Source of the DNA: Octopus vulgaris
Taxonomy: Eukaryota
Assembly (NCBI GenBank): GCA_951406725.2
Contig: OX597824.1
Span: 91,574,001 to 91,638,000, forward strand
Length of the DNA stretch: 64,000 nucleotides
Direction of reading: 5' to 3'
A program made the position numbers and the translations under genes. This document shows, in pieces, positions 27,130 to 40,700 of the stretch. The notes beneath the pieces were generated by a model. It saw nothing but the letters and a program-made list of their open reading frames with translations, was not told the origin of the DNA and ran no database searches. Numbering within the stretch: position 1 is the stretch's first letter; every line of letters starts with the position of its first letter.

Positions 27130-27626
27130 AGGTACTACTTGAGAACAGTGGTCCCGGTGCGCGCACTCGCGTACCCGCGCATCCGCGCTAGCTTAGTCAT
27201 GACTAGTCGATCCTTACTTTGTGTTTTTGTGTGCTATTTACTTTGTTTAAAGAATTATTTACTTTCTGTTTTTGTGTTTTATTTACTTTGTATGGCGATC
27301 CTTCGGTATAAGTACCTTAAGTACCGGAAGTGGCTTTGTTTACATTTCTGAAGATAACAGAAACCCTTTTCTCCCACCCCCCAATCCCCCATATATATAT
27401 ATATAAAAAAAACACTTTCTTGAAATGTATCCGGTACTTCCGGTACTTATACCGAAGTTACGCCCTTAACAAAAATTATTTTGTGTAAAAAAAAAATTAT
27501 TTATTTTGTGTTTTATCTACTTTGCTAGGTAGTCGTCGTTGTAGGATCGACTAGTCACGTCTAGCTAGCGCGGATGCGCGATTACGCGAGTGCGCGCACC
27601 GGGACCTCTGTTCTCAAGTACTACCC
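27130..27626. mobile_element. Foldback MITE with long CpG-rich TIRs
   Basis: About 87-bp imperfect TIRs (ggta(c/g)tacttgagaacag.ggtcccggtgcgcgcactcgcg...gactagtcgatcct) plus an inner inverted pair at about 27301-27326 and 27431-27457. Confidence 0.85.
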
Positions 27627-28287
27627 ACATATATACGTGGTGTTTATGTGTATACAAAACATGCAACTGAGGCTGGTAACAAACAACAGAAAAACTTAAA
27701 TGTTATGCGTGTATATAAACAACAGGTGTGTATAACCATAGGTATAATTTTACGTATGTAACGCTTTCTTATTTTGTTATTAGGCAACGAATTCGGTTTG
27801 GGTCACTAAGAAGTGGACCTTTCGTACTCACGGATGAATGCAACAGTCTTCGGACATGGTCCCCGATGCGAGTTAAAGGAAGGAAGGAAGGAGGCGGTGC
27901 CGTCCTACATTTCATTGAAACATGCGCACTTGGTGTGTCTTTGGTGTACAACGATATCAAGGTATCAATAATATTGATAAATCCCACTTGAGGGTTCTCA
28001 GAAACCGATCTAGGACGGTTACAGGACGATATAAATACGATGCGATGCGATGTGCAAGTTACAATGAGGGCGTGTCAGGATTAAAAATGATGATAATAAT
28101 AATAATAATAATAATAATAATATTAAATTGTGAATAAATAAAGGAAAATTAATTATAATTCCGTAAATTAAATGGAAAGAGGAAAACAGACTTTGGTCGA
28201 CTTTATTCGGTTACACAAAACAACAATAAAAAACAGCAACATCTGTTGCTACTACTACTAATACTACTATTACTACTGCTGCTGTTT

Positions 28288-28318
<31 letters not shown>

Positions 28319-28398
28319 AACTACTACTACAACTACTACTACTACAACTACTGCTGCTTCTTCTACTACTACTACTACTACTACTGATGCTGCTGCTG

Positions 28399-28430
<32 letters not shown>

Positions 28431-29619
28431 GCTGCTAACACTACTAATACAACTACTACTACTACTACTATTACTGCTGCTGCTACTACTACTACTACTA
28501 CTACTACTACTCCTCGTTCACCCTGACTCTTACTGCTACAACTGCAACCATTATTTCCATATTCACTATTACTACTGTTACTACCGCCTGTTCTATCGCA
28601 AACATTATCTCTTCTTCTTCTCCCACTTGTACTACAAATTCTGGTGAACCTCGGCCGGGGTCATCTTGCCCTTTTCAATCCTTCCGGGATGGGTTTAAAA
28701 AATGCCGTTTGCCGTATCCAAGGCGGGCGTTCGATGAAGAGGGGACCTGTTAAAACGTCGGACCGGGCGTCGAGTGTTGTTTCTTCCGTCGCTTTGCGCC
28801 CTGTCCTAGATGAGAGGGCATAACTACACATGTGGGCCCCTCAACGTGGCTTTGTTCCCCCTCATAACTTTCGCAAAAATGGATGCATTTTTTTAAAAAT
28901 AAAATTTCCTATAAATGCTTTTTAAAGGGGGTAGAATTACGATTATATCGGAACTCAGGGTGGAAGAAAAAAAAAATAAACCCCACCCCATCAAAAAAAT
29001 TGATTGTGCACACACGTAAAGATATAGGCGCAAGAGTGGGTGCGTGGTAAGTAGCTTGCTTACCAACCACATGGTTCCGGGTTCATTCCTACTGCGTGGC
29101 ACCTTGGGCAAGTGTCTTCTACTATAGCCTCGGGCCCACCAAAGTCTTGTGAGTGGATTTGCTAGGCGGAAACTGAAAGAAGCCCGTTGTATATATGTAT
29201 ATATATATGTATGTGCTGTCCCCCAACATCGCTTGACAACCGAAGGTGGTGTGTTTACGTCCCCGTAACTTAGCGGTTCGGCAAAAAGAGACCGATAGAA
29301 TGAGTACTAGGCTTACAAAGAATAAGTCGTGAGGTCAATTTGTTCGACTAAAGGCGGTGCTCCAGCATGGCTGCAGTCAAATGACTGAAATAAGTAAAAG
29401 AGTAAGAGTATATACATACACACACACACACATACTCGCTGCACACACATACAGGCGTGGCTGTGCGGTATGACGTTTACTTCCCAACCACACGGTTCTG
29501 GGTTCAGTCCCAGCGCGTGGTATCTTGGGCAAGTGCCTGTTACTGTAGCTCTGGGCTAGCCAGGGCATTGCCGGTGGACTTTGTAGATGGAAACTGAATG
29601 AAGCCTGCTTAATTTCCAA

Positions 29620-29653
<34 letters not shown>

Positions 29654-30387
29654 TTGTGTGAGTGTATTTTTGTGTGTGTTTGCCCCCTTCCCCCTCCACA
29701 TCATCGCTTGACAACCGATGTTGGGGTGTTTATGTAACCGAAACTTTGCGGTTCGGCAAAAGAGACCGATAGAATGAGTACTAGGCTTTCAAAGAATAAG
29801 GCGATGCTCCAGCATGGCCACAGTCACATGACTGAAACGTGTAAAAGAGTAAAAGAGTATCTACATATGTGTATGTGTATGCAGGTGCGTGTGTGTATGT
29901 AAGTGTATGTATGTATCTATGTGTGTGTATGTATGTGTGTGTGTGTTTTTGTTCCCCCCCACTCCCACTGACCATGAGATGGTATTGTGCAACTTCCTTT
30001 TGCTAATACCCCAAAATTAAACCAGTGACCCTTATAGCATTGTAGTACAACTGTCTCGAGTCCTAGAGCTGGTAGGGCCGTTTGCTTGGTTTCCATGGCA
30101 TCCATGTAACCAAGGCAACGATATCCCTATAAAAGCGACACCAGTTTGTCGGAGGGTTGCTCCTTAGCAGCTGAGTTTACTGAAGCAACGCAAAATGAAA
30201 TGTTTTGCTCAAGACCCCAAAACAACAACCAGTCCGGGAATCGAAACTACAACCTTGAGGTCGTGAGTGTAACACTCTAATCACTAGCCCACGCGCCCTC
30301 ACACTTCACAACATAAACCTATACAAAGCCGACTGGATAACACATCACTCGTTGACCCGACCTTCACTTTTACTTTTCTGGCAGATA

Positions 30388-30790
30388 GGCGCAGGAGTGG
30401 CTGTGTGGTAAGTAGCTTGCTAACCAACCACATAGTTCCAGGTTCAGTCCCACTGCGTGGCATCTTGGGCAAGTATCTTCTGCTATAGCCTCGGGCCGAC
30501 CAATGCCTTGTGAGTGGATTTGGTAGACGGAAACTGAAAGAAGCCTATCCTATATATATGTATGTATGTGTTTGCGTGTCTGTGTTTGTTCCCCTAGCAT
30601 TGCTTGACAACCGATGCTGGTGTGTTTACGTCCCCGTTACTTAGCGGTTCGGCAAAAAGAGACCGATAGAATAAGTACTGGGCTTACAAAGAATAAGTCC
30701 CGGGGTCGATTTGCTCGACTAAAAGGCGGTGCTCCAACATGGCCGCAGTCAAATGGCTGAAGCAAGTAAAAGAGTAAAAAGAGTAAAGAG
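30388..30790 (+). mobile_element. tRNA-derived SINE, full length
   Basis: Same family as 25521-25930. Confidence 0.9.
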
Positions 30791-31149
30791 TATATAGATA
30801 TGAGGGTACTGTTACTGGCATATGTGAAAACAACAGCTCATCACGATCCACAAACAAAACCGGATGTTGGCGCCCGCCAGAGAGAAAAAAACCATTCAAC
30901 AGAAAACTAGAGAGAAATAACAAAAAAAAAAAAAAAAATCAATTAGGCGAAATACTATCAGAAGCAACACTCCCTCTCTGAGTAATAATTATACTAGAAT
31001 CGATAAAAACAATATCTCAAGAACTGTATGAGGCTTCTCATCAATACACCAAGGAACCGCTGAGGAAGAAAAAATATTGCACAAAGAAGACATGGTCCTT
31101 AATGCTTTCTACTTCTTTGCAAAAAAAAAATGGATTGGGTTACATCTTT

Positions 31150-31655
31150 TTTATCCATTGGCCCCATGATCGATAGACGCCACATTGTTCACAATGATGC
31201 CAAAATATCGTGGAGATTAAACAAAAGCGATAATGCTCTGTCTTCTGATCCTGATGCGGTTGATTTAATATTGATTAAGTAAATTTTAAGCATATCCTCC
31301 TTTCGGCACTGCGTACATCATTGCGGCAATTAATAAAACAAAACCCAAACCAAAAGTGGGTCCCGACAGGCATCAGCTTTCATCTCCTCTTGTTAATCTC
31401 TGGAGAAAATAGCAGAACTCAAGGTTTTATTCCTAAGTAATTTTGGTCCTAGTTTGTAATTCTTAGTTTTTGAAAAGAAAACTAAGCCATTTACAGCGAA
31501 TTTCCGTCCGATTTCACGAAGTTCTGAGTAGTGGGACAGAAAATAGCAGCACCTAGATCCCAACCACTTTGGTTCTCAAGGTGGCAAAGATCACCTAACA
31601 TAGCTTCTGCTTCTCTTTAATGGTTTTCCAAACGATCTGGGAGAGAGATCCACTA
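31150..31655 (+). mobile_element. Decayed LINE reverse-transcriptase fragment
   Basis: Frameshifted motifs KVGPD (about 31353) and NFRPIS (about 31499) at RT-typical spacing; many stops. Confidence 0.5.
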
Positions 31656-31745
31656 CAAATGTATTTATCTTGACAACAGTATATATATATTGGCTGCTAT
31701 TTCTAGTGGGTCGAACGGCCTATTATAGCCGTTCCTCAATTGTTG

Positions 31746-31846
<101 letters not shown>

Positions 31847-32341
31847 GAGTGGCTGTGTGGTAAGTAGCTTGCTAACCAACCACATGGTTCCGGGTTCAGT
31901 CCCACTGCGTGGCACCTTGGGCAAGTGTCTTATACTATAGCCTCGGGCCGACCAAAGCCTTGTGAGTGGATTTGGTAGACGGAAACTGAAAGAAGCCCGT
32001 CGTATATATGTATATATATTTGTGTGTATATGTTTGTGTGTCTGTGTTTGTCACCCTAGCATTGCTTGACAACCGATGCTGGTGTGTTTATGTCCCCGTT
32101 ACTTAGCGGTTCGGCAAAAGGGACCGATAGAATAAGTACTGGGCTTAGAAAAAGAATAAGTCCCGGGGTCGAGTTGCTCGACTAAAGGCGGTGCTCCAGC
32201 ATGGCCGCAGTCAAATGACTGAAACAAGTAAAAGAGTAAAAGAGTAAAAGATATATATATAATAAAAACTTACTTGGAGAATAAGAAATCGACGCGAGGC
32301 GTTTAATCATATAATAACAATTTAATAAATAAAACATATGC

Positions 32342-32372
<31 letters not shown>

Positions 32373-32799
32373 CATACCTACATCTATATGTATATATACA
32401 TGCATGTGTTGTCCTGTACTCATATATATATAAATGCATATATATATACATATAGATGTAAGTATGTACATATATGTATGTATGTATATGTTTTATTTAC
32501 TAAATTGTTATTATATATATATATATATATATATATACGAGCAAAAGGCTCCCTCCATCCAATGGACGGTGCTGAGTTGTCAAACATTTAAACCAAATTC
32601 TCTCAAAACAACTTGTCCGACCGTCCCATAGGCCTCCCCTTTGAGAAACACTGATTGAACATAAATTTGAGACACCAGCAAAAGAAGAAATAAAGATAGA
32701 ATTTTTTCTATTCCAAAGAAAACCGATTTTATTCACACAAATATGCAACCGAAGAGTTTAAAGTACCAGTAAGTACATCGCAACAGCTGAAGTACTTGC

Positions 32800-32996
32800 G
32801 CTTACAAATGCACGTTCCCACGGCTTTATCGATCGCATTCTCACCAGGAATCGATTTTTGTAATTTTTTTCAAGACTTATACACGCCCTGATACTGTCGG
32901 TATCTACTTATCAAATTTGAGCGCAATCGGATGGAAGATGCCCGAGATCCTAGAAGACACACACACAGACAGACAGAACGGATTTTATATAATAGA
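32800..32996 (-). mobile_element. Helitron-like 5' fragment
   Basis: A|TCTATTATATAAAATCCG...(ctgt)n start typical of non-autonomous Helitrons; no CTAG end found, so the left boundary is approximate. Confidence 0.5.
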
Positions 32997-33168
32997 TAAA
33001 TACAGTGTAGGAGAGGCTGCGTGGTAAGTAGCCTGCTTACCAACCACATGGCCCCGGGTTCAGTCACACTGCGTGGCACCTTGGGCAAGTGTCTTCTACT
33101 ATAGCCTCGGGCTGACCAATGCCTTGTGAATGGATTTGGTAGACGGAAACTGAAAGAAGCCCGTCGTA

Positions 33169-33223
<55 letters not shown>

Positions 33224-33606
33224 GAGTGACTGTGTGGTAAGTAGCCTGCTTACCAACCACATGGTCCCGGGTTCAGTCCCACTGCGCGGCACCTTGGGCA
33301 AGTGTCTTCTACTATAGCATCGGGCTGACCAAAGCCTTATGAGTGGATTTGGTAGACGGAAACTGAAAGAAGCCTGTCGTATATATGTATATATATATAT
33401 ATGTATGTGTGTATGTTTGTGTGTCTGTGTTTGTGCCCCTAGCATTGCTTGACAACCGATGCTGGTGTGTTTACGTCCCCGTTACTTAGCGATTCGGCAA
33501 AAATAGCCCGATAGAATAAGTACTACAAAGAATAAGTCCCGGGGTCGATTTGTTCGACTAAAAAAGGCGGTGCTCCAGCATGACCACAGTGAAATGACTG
33601 AAACAA

Positions 33607-33665
<59 letters not shown>

Positions 33666-33690
33666 TTAGAAAGTTCCATTTTGTACTCAC

Positions 33691-33734
33691 GTAGCACCGA
33701 CGAAAAACAGGAGGGCAAGCGCGAAGAGCTTCAT
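33691..33734 (-). CDS. C4orf33: C4orf33/UPF0462-like gene, exon 1 (signal peptide MKLFALALLFFVGA-T)
   Basis: Minus strand gccgcccaagATGAAGCTCTTCGCGCTTGCCCTCCTGTTTTTCGTCGGTGCTAC|gtgagtac. Good Kozak context and a strong donor; the phase-2 end matches the phase-2 start of the exon at 18687, which has no in-frame Met of its own. Confidence 0.75.
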
Positions 33735-33786
33735 CTTGGGCGGCCACAAATCAGGTTTTGGTGTTTGCAGATGTCCTGATGTCTTC

Positions 33787-33832
33787 ACTGAATAACTAAA
33801 ACATGTCCGCTATAACCAGACAGCTTTATATA
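33787..33832 (-). promoter_or_regulatory. Candidate TATA box and initiator of the C4orf33-like gene
   Basis: Minus strand TATATAAAG (33832-33824), followed about 33-41 nt downstream by Inr-like TTAGTT and TCAGT, roughly 55-100 nt upstream of the ATG. Confidence 0.45.
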
Positions 33833-34101
33833 TTTGCGCCCTCCTTCGTTTTCTTTTCCTTATTTGTTTTCTGTCCTCTTAACGCTTTTCCTTGTTTGGA
33901 CAAAGAAAAGAAGAAGAAAAAAACACCCCAAAAAAATCTGTCCTTGAGACACAGAAACGAGATAAAAAAAAGCCCACCACCGCCATCACTACCACCACCA
34001 CCAATAACAACAACAACAACAATAGCAATTCTATTATGCGACCAAAAGAACAAACAGACGCGTCAAATTAAACACCGTTATGCTCACAGGACGGAGCATT
34101 G

Positions 34102-34294
<193 letters not shown>

Positions 34295-34299
34295 TGATG

Positions 34300-34379
<80 letters not shown>

Positions 34380-34686
34380 GATGATGGTGATGATGATAAT
34401 AACGATTAATAATAATAATAACAATAACAATAACAATAATAATGATAATAATAACAATAATGATGATGATGATTATGATAAAATTTTATTGGATCATAAC
34501 GAGTTCATCTGGTTCCGCTACGACAATAACTCCTCCTCTTCCTGCTCCTCCTGTTCCTACTACTACTACTACTACTACTACCACTTGTAGTAGATATAGG
34601 CACTTGTACCTTCTACCTAATCTTTGTCATATCGTCTTAAGGCATGGGCATTATGGTGTAATTTTCGCTATACTTATCTTTTGTTG

Positions 34687-34734
<48 letters not shown>

Positions 34735-35113
34735 ATATATAAAATATTTTAAAAAACCCACCTTTTATCAATTCAAAATGCACAATTAAATTACACCATC
34801 TAGAAAATTACATATAATAGAAAAGTTAAAATTAAAATAACAATAAAAAGTAAAGATTAAGTAAATTACAAAAAAAAAAAATATATATATATATATATAT
34901 CAAAGAACAGAAATGGAATTTAAAATTTACAAATTTATAGGCGCAAGAGTGGCCGAGTGATAAGAAGCTTACTTCCCAACGACATTGATCTGGGTTCAGT
35001 CCCACTGTGTGGCACCTTGGGCAAGTGTCTTCTACTATAGTCTCGAACCGATCAAAGCCTTGTGAGTGGATTTGGTAGACGGAAACTGTAAGAAGCCCGT
35101 CGTATACACACAC

Positions 35114-35164
<51 letters not shown>

Positions 35165-35169
<5 letters not shown>

Positions 35170-37189
35170 TCGGGGTGAGTACTTGATAATTATAAGCACC
35201 TGTGTATACCGTTTGGTGGTGTAGGTGGTGGAGTAAATTGATCAAAATAAAAACATGATGCGAAGGATTCAGCGGTACATATGTTTCGGGCCTTTATTAG
35301 ACAGATTTATAACAATGCATAATGTATGTCTGTGGCCTTCTTCAGCCGCGCACAACAGCTTCCACAAGGACATGTGTTACATCAAAAATTCTTGGTTGGG
35401 GATGCAAATCCTCCCATTCGCGTACGACATAATGCGGCAGCAGCATAGAATTGAAGCGTCCATCTCTTTCTTCTCTCAATGTAGGATGAGGAAAAATGGA
35501 TGTTGAAGTAATGTAAATAAATAAATACATGTATATACGTGAAGATGGAGGGGCGAGAATTCAGGACGATGGATAAAAAATGTATAAAAAGTGTAAGTAT
35601 AGAAAAATATAAAAATGTAGAGCATAAAGATATAAAGAGATATAAGATGTAAAGGGGGTATAAAGAATATAAAGAAATATAAAGAAATGTAAATAAATGT
35701 AAAGTCATAAGGTTATAAAGTAAAAATAGAAATAGAAATAAAAATAAAAGTAAAAAAAACATGATAAAAATGTAACAAAATATAAAAAAATATAAAGATA
35801 AGGGATGTATAGAGGTTAAGGACCAAGCATGGTGGTCAGGAGATTGATAAAATTTAGTTGTAGAATTGTCAGTAAATCAACAGTTTCGTCTGGGGACCTA
35901 ATGCGTTGTAAATCAGAGCTGTTGAGCGTTTAATCTGGTTCCTTGAATTATTTGGACTTCTAGTACATACATACCAGCATGGATACATACACCCATATAC
36001 ACGCGTACACATACGCCTCCAAGCCTATAAGCATCCACACGCACTCGCGTGTAAACATGCATATAAACACACACACACCCACACGCACGTGCGTACCCAT
36101 ACATACATACAACAGAATATCCGCATGTATACACGGACACTATACGTGTACACACTCACATGTACATACGCGCGCCCATCCCTACATACACACACGCATA
36201 TGCCCACGCTTCCAGGTCTAGATATAAGATATTAAAGGATGTATATAAGAGCGTATGTAAGGAATCACGTCTATGCGTGCACGCACACACGGCTGTGTGT
36301 ACGTATGTGCGTGCACACATACACCTACACACACACACAGAGACATATGGGTATAGCTATAAGATATCAAAATATGCATGTACATATATGCGCGCGTCTA
36401 TGTATGTATGCGTATACATACGTACACGGACGCTCGCATAGTCAAAAGTGGATCTATAGGTAAGTAAATAAACATATATAGAGATGTAAAGCGATAAGTT
36501 AGGGGTAAGAATGAGGGTAAGGGTAAAAATTAGAAATAAAAGTAAGAAATACAGTATAAAATAAGAAATACAATGTAATAGTTAGAAATGAAATATAAAA
36601 ATTATAAAAATTATAAGAGTTAAGGTAAGGGATGAAAATGAAAATGAGAATAAATGGAAGTAGAATAAGAGTAAAAGTAAAAATAAAATAAAATAAGATA
36701 AAAATATAATTTAACATGAGATGAAGGTGGTTGAAAGTTAGAGGTGTGTGTTAAAAGTGCCCACGTTGGGGCGGGCGGGGGGAACTGAAAATTGGAAGGG
36801 TGGGAAGTGGAGTTTGGCGGTGTACGGTCAACATCCGAGTTAGAAATGTGAAAGGGTATAGATATAGGGAAGTAAAGAGACTATATAGGAAGGATATGGG
36901 TGTAGGAGAAGAAATATTTAGGGAAAAGAAGTCATGTATGGGAGACAAAATTTGTATATATAGGAGGAAAATGCAGGGAAACATATATGCACATACACAC
37001 ACCCACACACACACACACACACGCACACACATATATATATATATATACGCTTCAATTCTATGCTGCTGCCGCATTATGTCGTACGCGAATGGGAGGATTT
37101 GCATCCCCAACCAAGAATTTTTGATGTAACACATGTCCTTGTGGAAGCTGTTGTGCGCAGCAGAAGAAGGCCACAGACATACATTATGC

Positions 37190-37195
<6 letters not shown>
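35165..37195 (-). mobile_element. Non-autonomous Penelope-like element with an inverted partial terminal repeat
   Basis: Near-identical inverted copies of about 146 bp at 35313-35458 and 37047-37192. The full copy contains a hammerhead, the other is truncated mid-motif; both ends are embedded in (TA)n. Confidence 0.65.
35272..35349 (-). ncRNA. Type I hammerhead ribozyme motif
   Basis: Minus: GCGG-CTGAAGA-aGGCC...GGCCc-GAAA-CATATG-TA-CCGC. Palindromic stem III ACATATGT, GUA triplet; A-C mismatch at the base of stem II. Confidence 0.72.
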
Positions 37196-37241
<46 letters not shown>

Positions 37242-37471
37242 TTTTTTGATAACAATATAATGCTTTCTCTCCAAGAATTTGAACTGCAGTTTTTACCTCT
37301 GTAGAAATGGAATGCTCTATGACTCACGTGGGCGGACAGGGAGAATAATAGATCTCATTCGTATTTTTGGATTCGCTAGTACTGGGTGTCTGGCATGGTT
37401 TGTCCGATGTTACAGATATCGGACGGGTATGTTTGATTCTTAGTATTTTCAAATCTAAATCAGAAGAAATC

Positions 37472-37533
37472 TCTGAGCTGATGAAGGAAAAGTGGCGTTT
37501 TACCCACAAATCCAGAAACAGACTGTCCTCGGG
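37472..37533 (+). ncRNA. Type I hammerhead ribozyme motif
   Basis: tctGAG-CTGATGA-aGGAaaaGTGG...CCACaaaTCCa-GAAA-CAGaCTG-TC-CTCggg. GUC triplet (cut after 37527); stem III has a 1-nt loop, so it is likely dimeric; A-A mismatch at the base of stem II. Confidence 0.72.
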
Positions 37534-37718
37534 TATCGTATATGGATGTGATCTTTCATTGTTTTTCCCTTATACCTATGTGAGTTATTTTTCTGAGTAT
37601 GCATTGTCTGGAGACTTTTATTTGCAGTTGAAGAAATAGCCAAATTTTTGGCTGCTATTTCTGAAAAGTTCGGTGTGTGGTAAAGTGAATTCTTTTACTT
37701 TACCATATTTTTATAAAT

Positions 37719-37756
<38 letters not shown>

Positions 37757-38093
37757 ATATGTATGTATGGATGTATATATGTATTTTTGTGTCTGTGTTT
37801 TTCCCCCGCCTAGCGGTTCTGCAAAACAGTCCGATATAATAAGTACTAGGCTTACAAAGAATAAGTCCTGGGGTTGATTTGGTCGACTAAATGTGGCGCT
37901 CCAGCATGGCCGCTGTCAAATGACTGAAACAAGTAAAAGAATACTTAGAACCAAATCCGAGTTGGACTTAGAACTTACATACCTACAGTATCTTACTAAA
38001 ACCCGATACCTCCATGATTGTTTTACCTCACAGTGACTCCTATGATATTGTACCTAGCCATTTCTGGTGTCCTCTTTGTTGATGTGCCTAGAT

Positions 38094-38212
<119 letters not shown>

Positions 38213-38261
38213 GTCTGTCTGTCTGTTTGCCTCTCTCTCTCTCTCTATCTATCTGCTCGTG

Positions 38262-38292
<31 letters not shown>

Positions 38293-38404
38293 GTGTCTGT
38301 CTCTCTGTCTATCGGTCTCTGTCTATCTTTCTTTCTATCTATCTATTTATCTATCTATCTGTATGTATGTATGTATGTATGTATGTATGTATGTATGTAT
38401 GTAT

Positions 38405-38436
<32 letters not shown>

Positions 38437-38469
38437 TGTATGTATGTATGTATGTATGTATGTATGTAT

Positions 38470-38501
<32 letters not shown>

Positions 38502-39116
38502 TGTATAAAGGGCGAAACGTGCACGACAAAAAAACCCAAAAAAACAAGCGTAACCAAACGAGAGAACATAGTCCAACATCTTTTCTAAGCATTGGCTTTT
38601 AATCTAATTCGGGAGGTGTTAAGCGCAGTACGGTAGGTATGATGCGGTAGGGTGAGCTGTGGTCGAAATGCGGATTTGGAGTTTAGTGAATACAAAGGAG
38701 TGTTAGAGCAAACATGTCGCCTGTTTAGTGTCTTTTCAAAACCGTTGACACGAGTGGATGTTAATGCAATTTTAGCCAAGTTTCAAGCGCAACGTGACCT
38801 TCGAAATCATAGCAATGTTGACACGGCCGAAACAATCTAATTTCGTTAGTTATTTCAATAGAACTAAATGGATGTGATTGAATGATTGAATAAGGCGAGG
38901 TGAGGGGGGGGGGCAGCCAATTGTATTGAAGACGGTACTAATAGACAACATTGTAAAGCAGTTTGGTAAGGTGTACCTATGTTTTACAAACACACACACA
39001 CACGCACGTAGACATACGCTCGCGCACAGACACACTCGAACACACATACATACAAATATATACAACCACATATATACACACACACATATATATATGTATA
39101 TGTGTATATATGTATG

Positions 39117-39147
<31 letters not shown>

Positions 39148-39879
39148 GTTCCTATACATTTGTATATGTTTATGTATGTATGTATGTATTTATGTGTTTG
39201 TGTGTGTTTTGTATGTGTATATACTGATTTTAATCGGATTTCTTGTATATTATTGGATTGATAACATATTTCTTTCACGAAAACACTGTTTGTTTTGTTC
39301 TGGCCTTCAGCAAGAGGTCTCCAGTGTTTGTAGCTTCTATTTCGTAAGAGGCCTTCCTTCAAATTTTGTTTATTAAATATAATCCTACGTACAAATATAT
39401 ATATAGGTGCAGGCATGGCTGTGCGGTTCCGGGTTCAGTGCCACTGCGTGGCACTATGGGCAAGGATTTTCTACTATAGCCTTGTGAGTGGAATTGGTAG
39501 ACGGAAACTGAAAGAAGCCCGTCGTATATATGTATATATATATTTATGTGTGTGTGTGAATATATGTTTGTGTCTCTGTGTTTGTCTCCCCCCTACCATC
39601 GCTCAGCAACCGATGCTGGTGTTATAATAAGTCCTGGGGTCGAGTTGTTCGGCTAAAGGCGATGCTCTAACATGGCTGCAGTCAAATGACAAACAAATAA
39701 AGAATACATACCTGCAGGCCTACTTACCTATCTACCTACCTACCTACCTACCTACCTACCTACCTATGTACATAGATATATACGTACATACAATAATATA
39801 GATAATATACATACATATATATATACATGCATATATACATATATACATACATACATATTTATGTACACATGCATATATA

Positions 39880-40440
39880 GGTACAGGACGTCAAAAAAAA
39901 ACATGAACAACATGGAAAACGAACTTTTTTGCGAACAAGAAAAGCAACAAATAGAAAAACAAGCCAGGCAATATAAAGAACAATCCCTTCATCAGTCGTC
40001 CACAGTTTTATCTACTTCACATTTCGAGCATTAGGACAAGATGCGTCTTCGTCAAAATAGTCGCTCCCGCAAAGCAAATTAAATAAAATTTGGGATTTGC
40101 AGAGTCAAAGTTGGTAACAAAAACAGGACAGTGAAAAGAAACGGTAAGGGCTGTTAAGCCATAACGAGGGGAAGTGGTGAATGCTGGAGAAACAAGCTTT
40201 GACAGGAGACAAACAAAAATGCGTTCTATCCCTGGAGCTGAACGAGAAGAAAGAAAAAAAATCGAGCTAGAAGAAAGATGGCTGCTGGTCACGTGTGAGC
40301 AGCATAGACAGACAAGTGCATACGTAACTGGCCGGGTATTGTTGTTTGGGACAGACAAGAAAACGACCATCATAGAGCTCAGCTGTCCGGCTGAGGAGAA
40401 CATCACTTTCGAAAAATCAAAGAGTAAGAAGATAATTATG
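39880..40440 (-). mobile_element. Penelope-like 3' region remnant; related sequence at 63435-64000 (+)
   Basis: Shared gctcgaaa...ctga(t/c)gaaggg and gctcacacgtgacca motifs between the two loci; degenerate hammerhead-like core. Confidence 0.45.
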
Positions 40441-40700
40441 GGGAACTGTTATGAGGCGTACGAGTGCGGATCCGGCAGCACCTATGCGACGCTCGATTTC
40501 GACTGCGCCCTGGCCCGTTGGAACCACCGTTGAACCCAGGTAGACGAAGGACTCCACATCCTCCAGCTCCACGCTTTTGGAGACAGATGTAATTGATTCA
40601 ATAAAATCCGTTATAAAAACCCGTTAGTTGAGATTCTTATTTTATCAATCTCTGAAGGATAAAAGGTTAACACATTGTTTTAATATTTTAACTTTTTTAA

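Noticed and set aside
40391-40420. CTGAGGA-GAA...TTC-GAAA hammerhead-like core
   Set aside because: No stem I or stem III pairing; likely chance.
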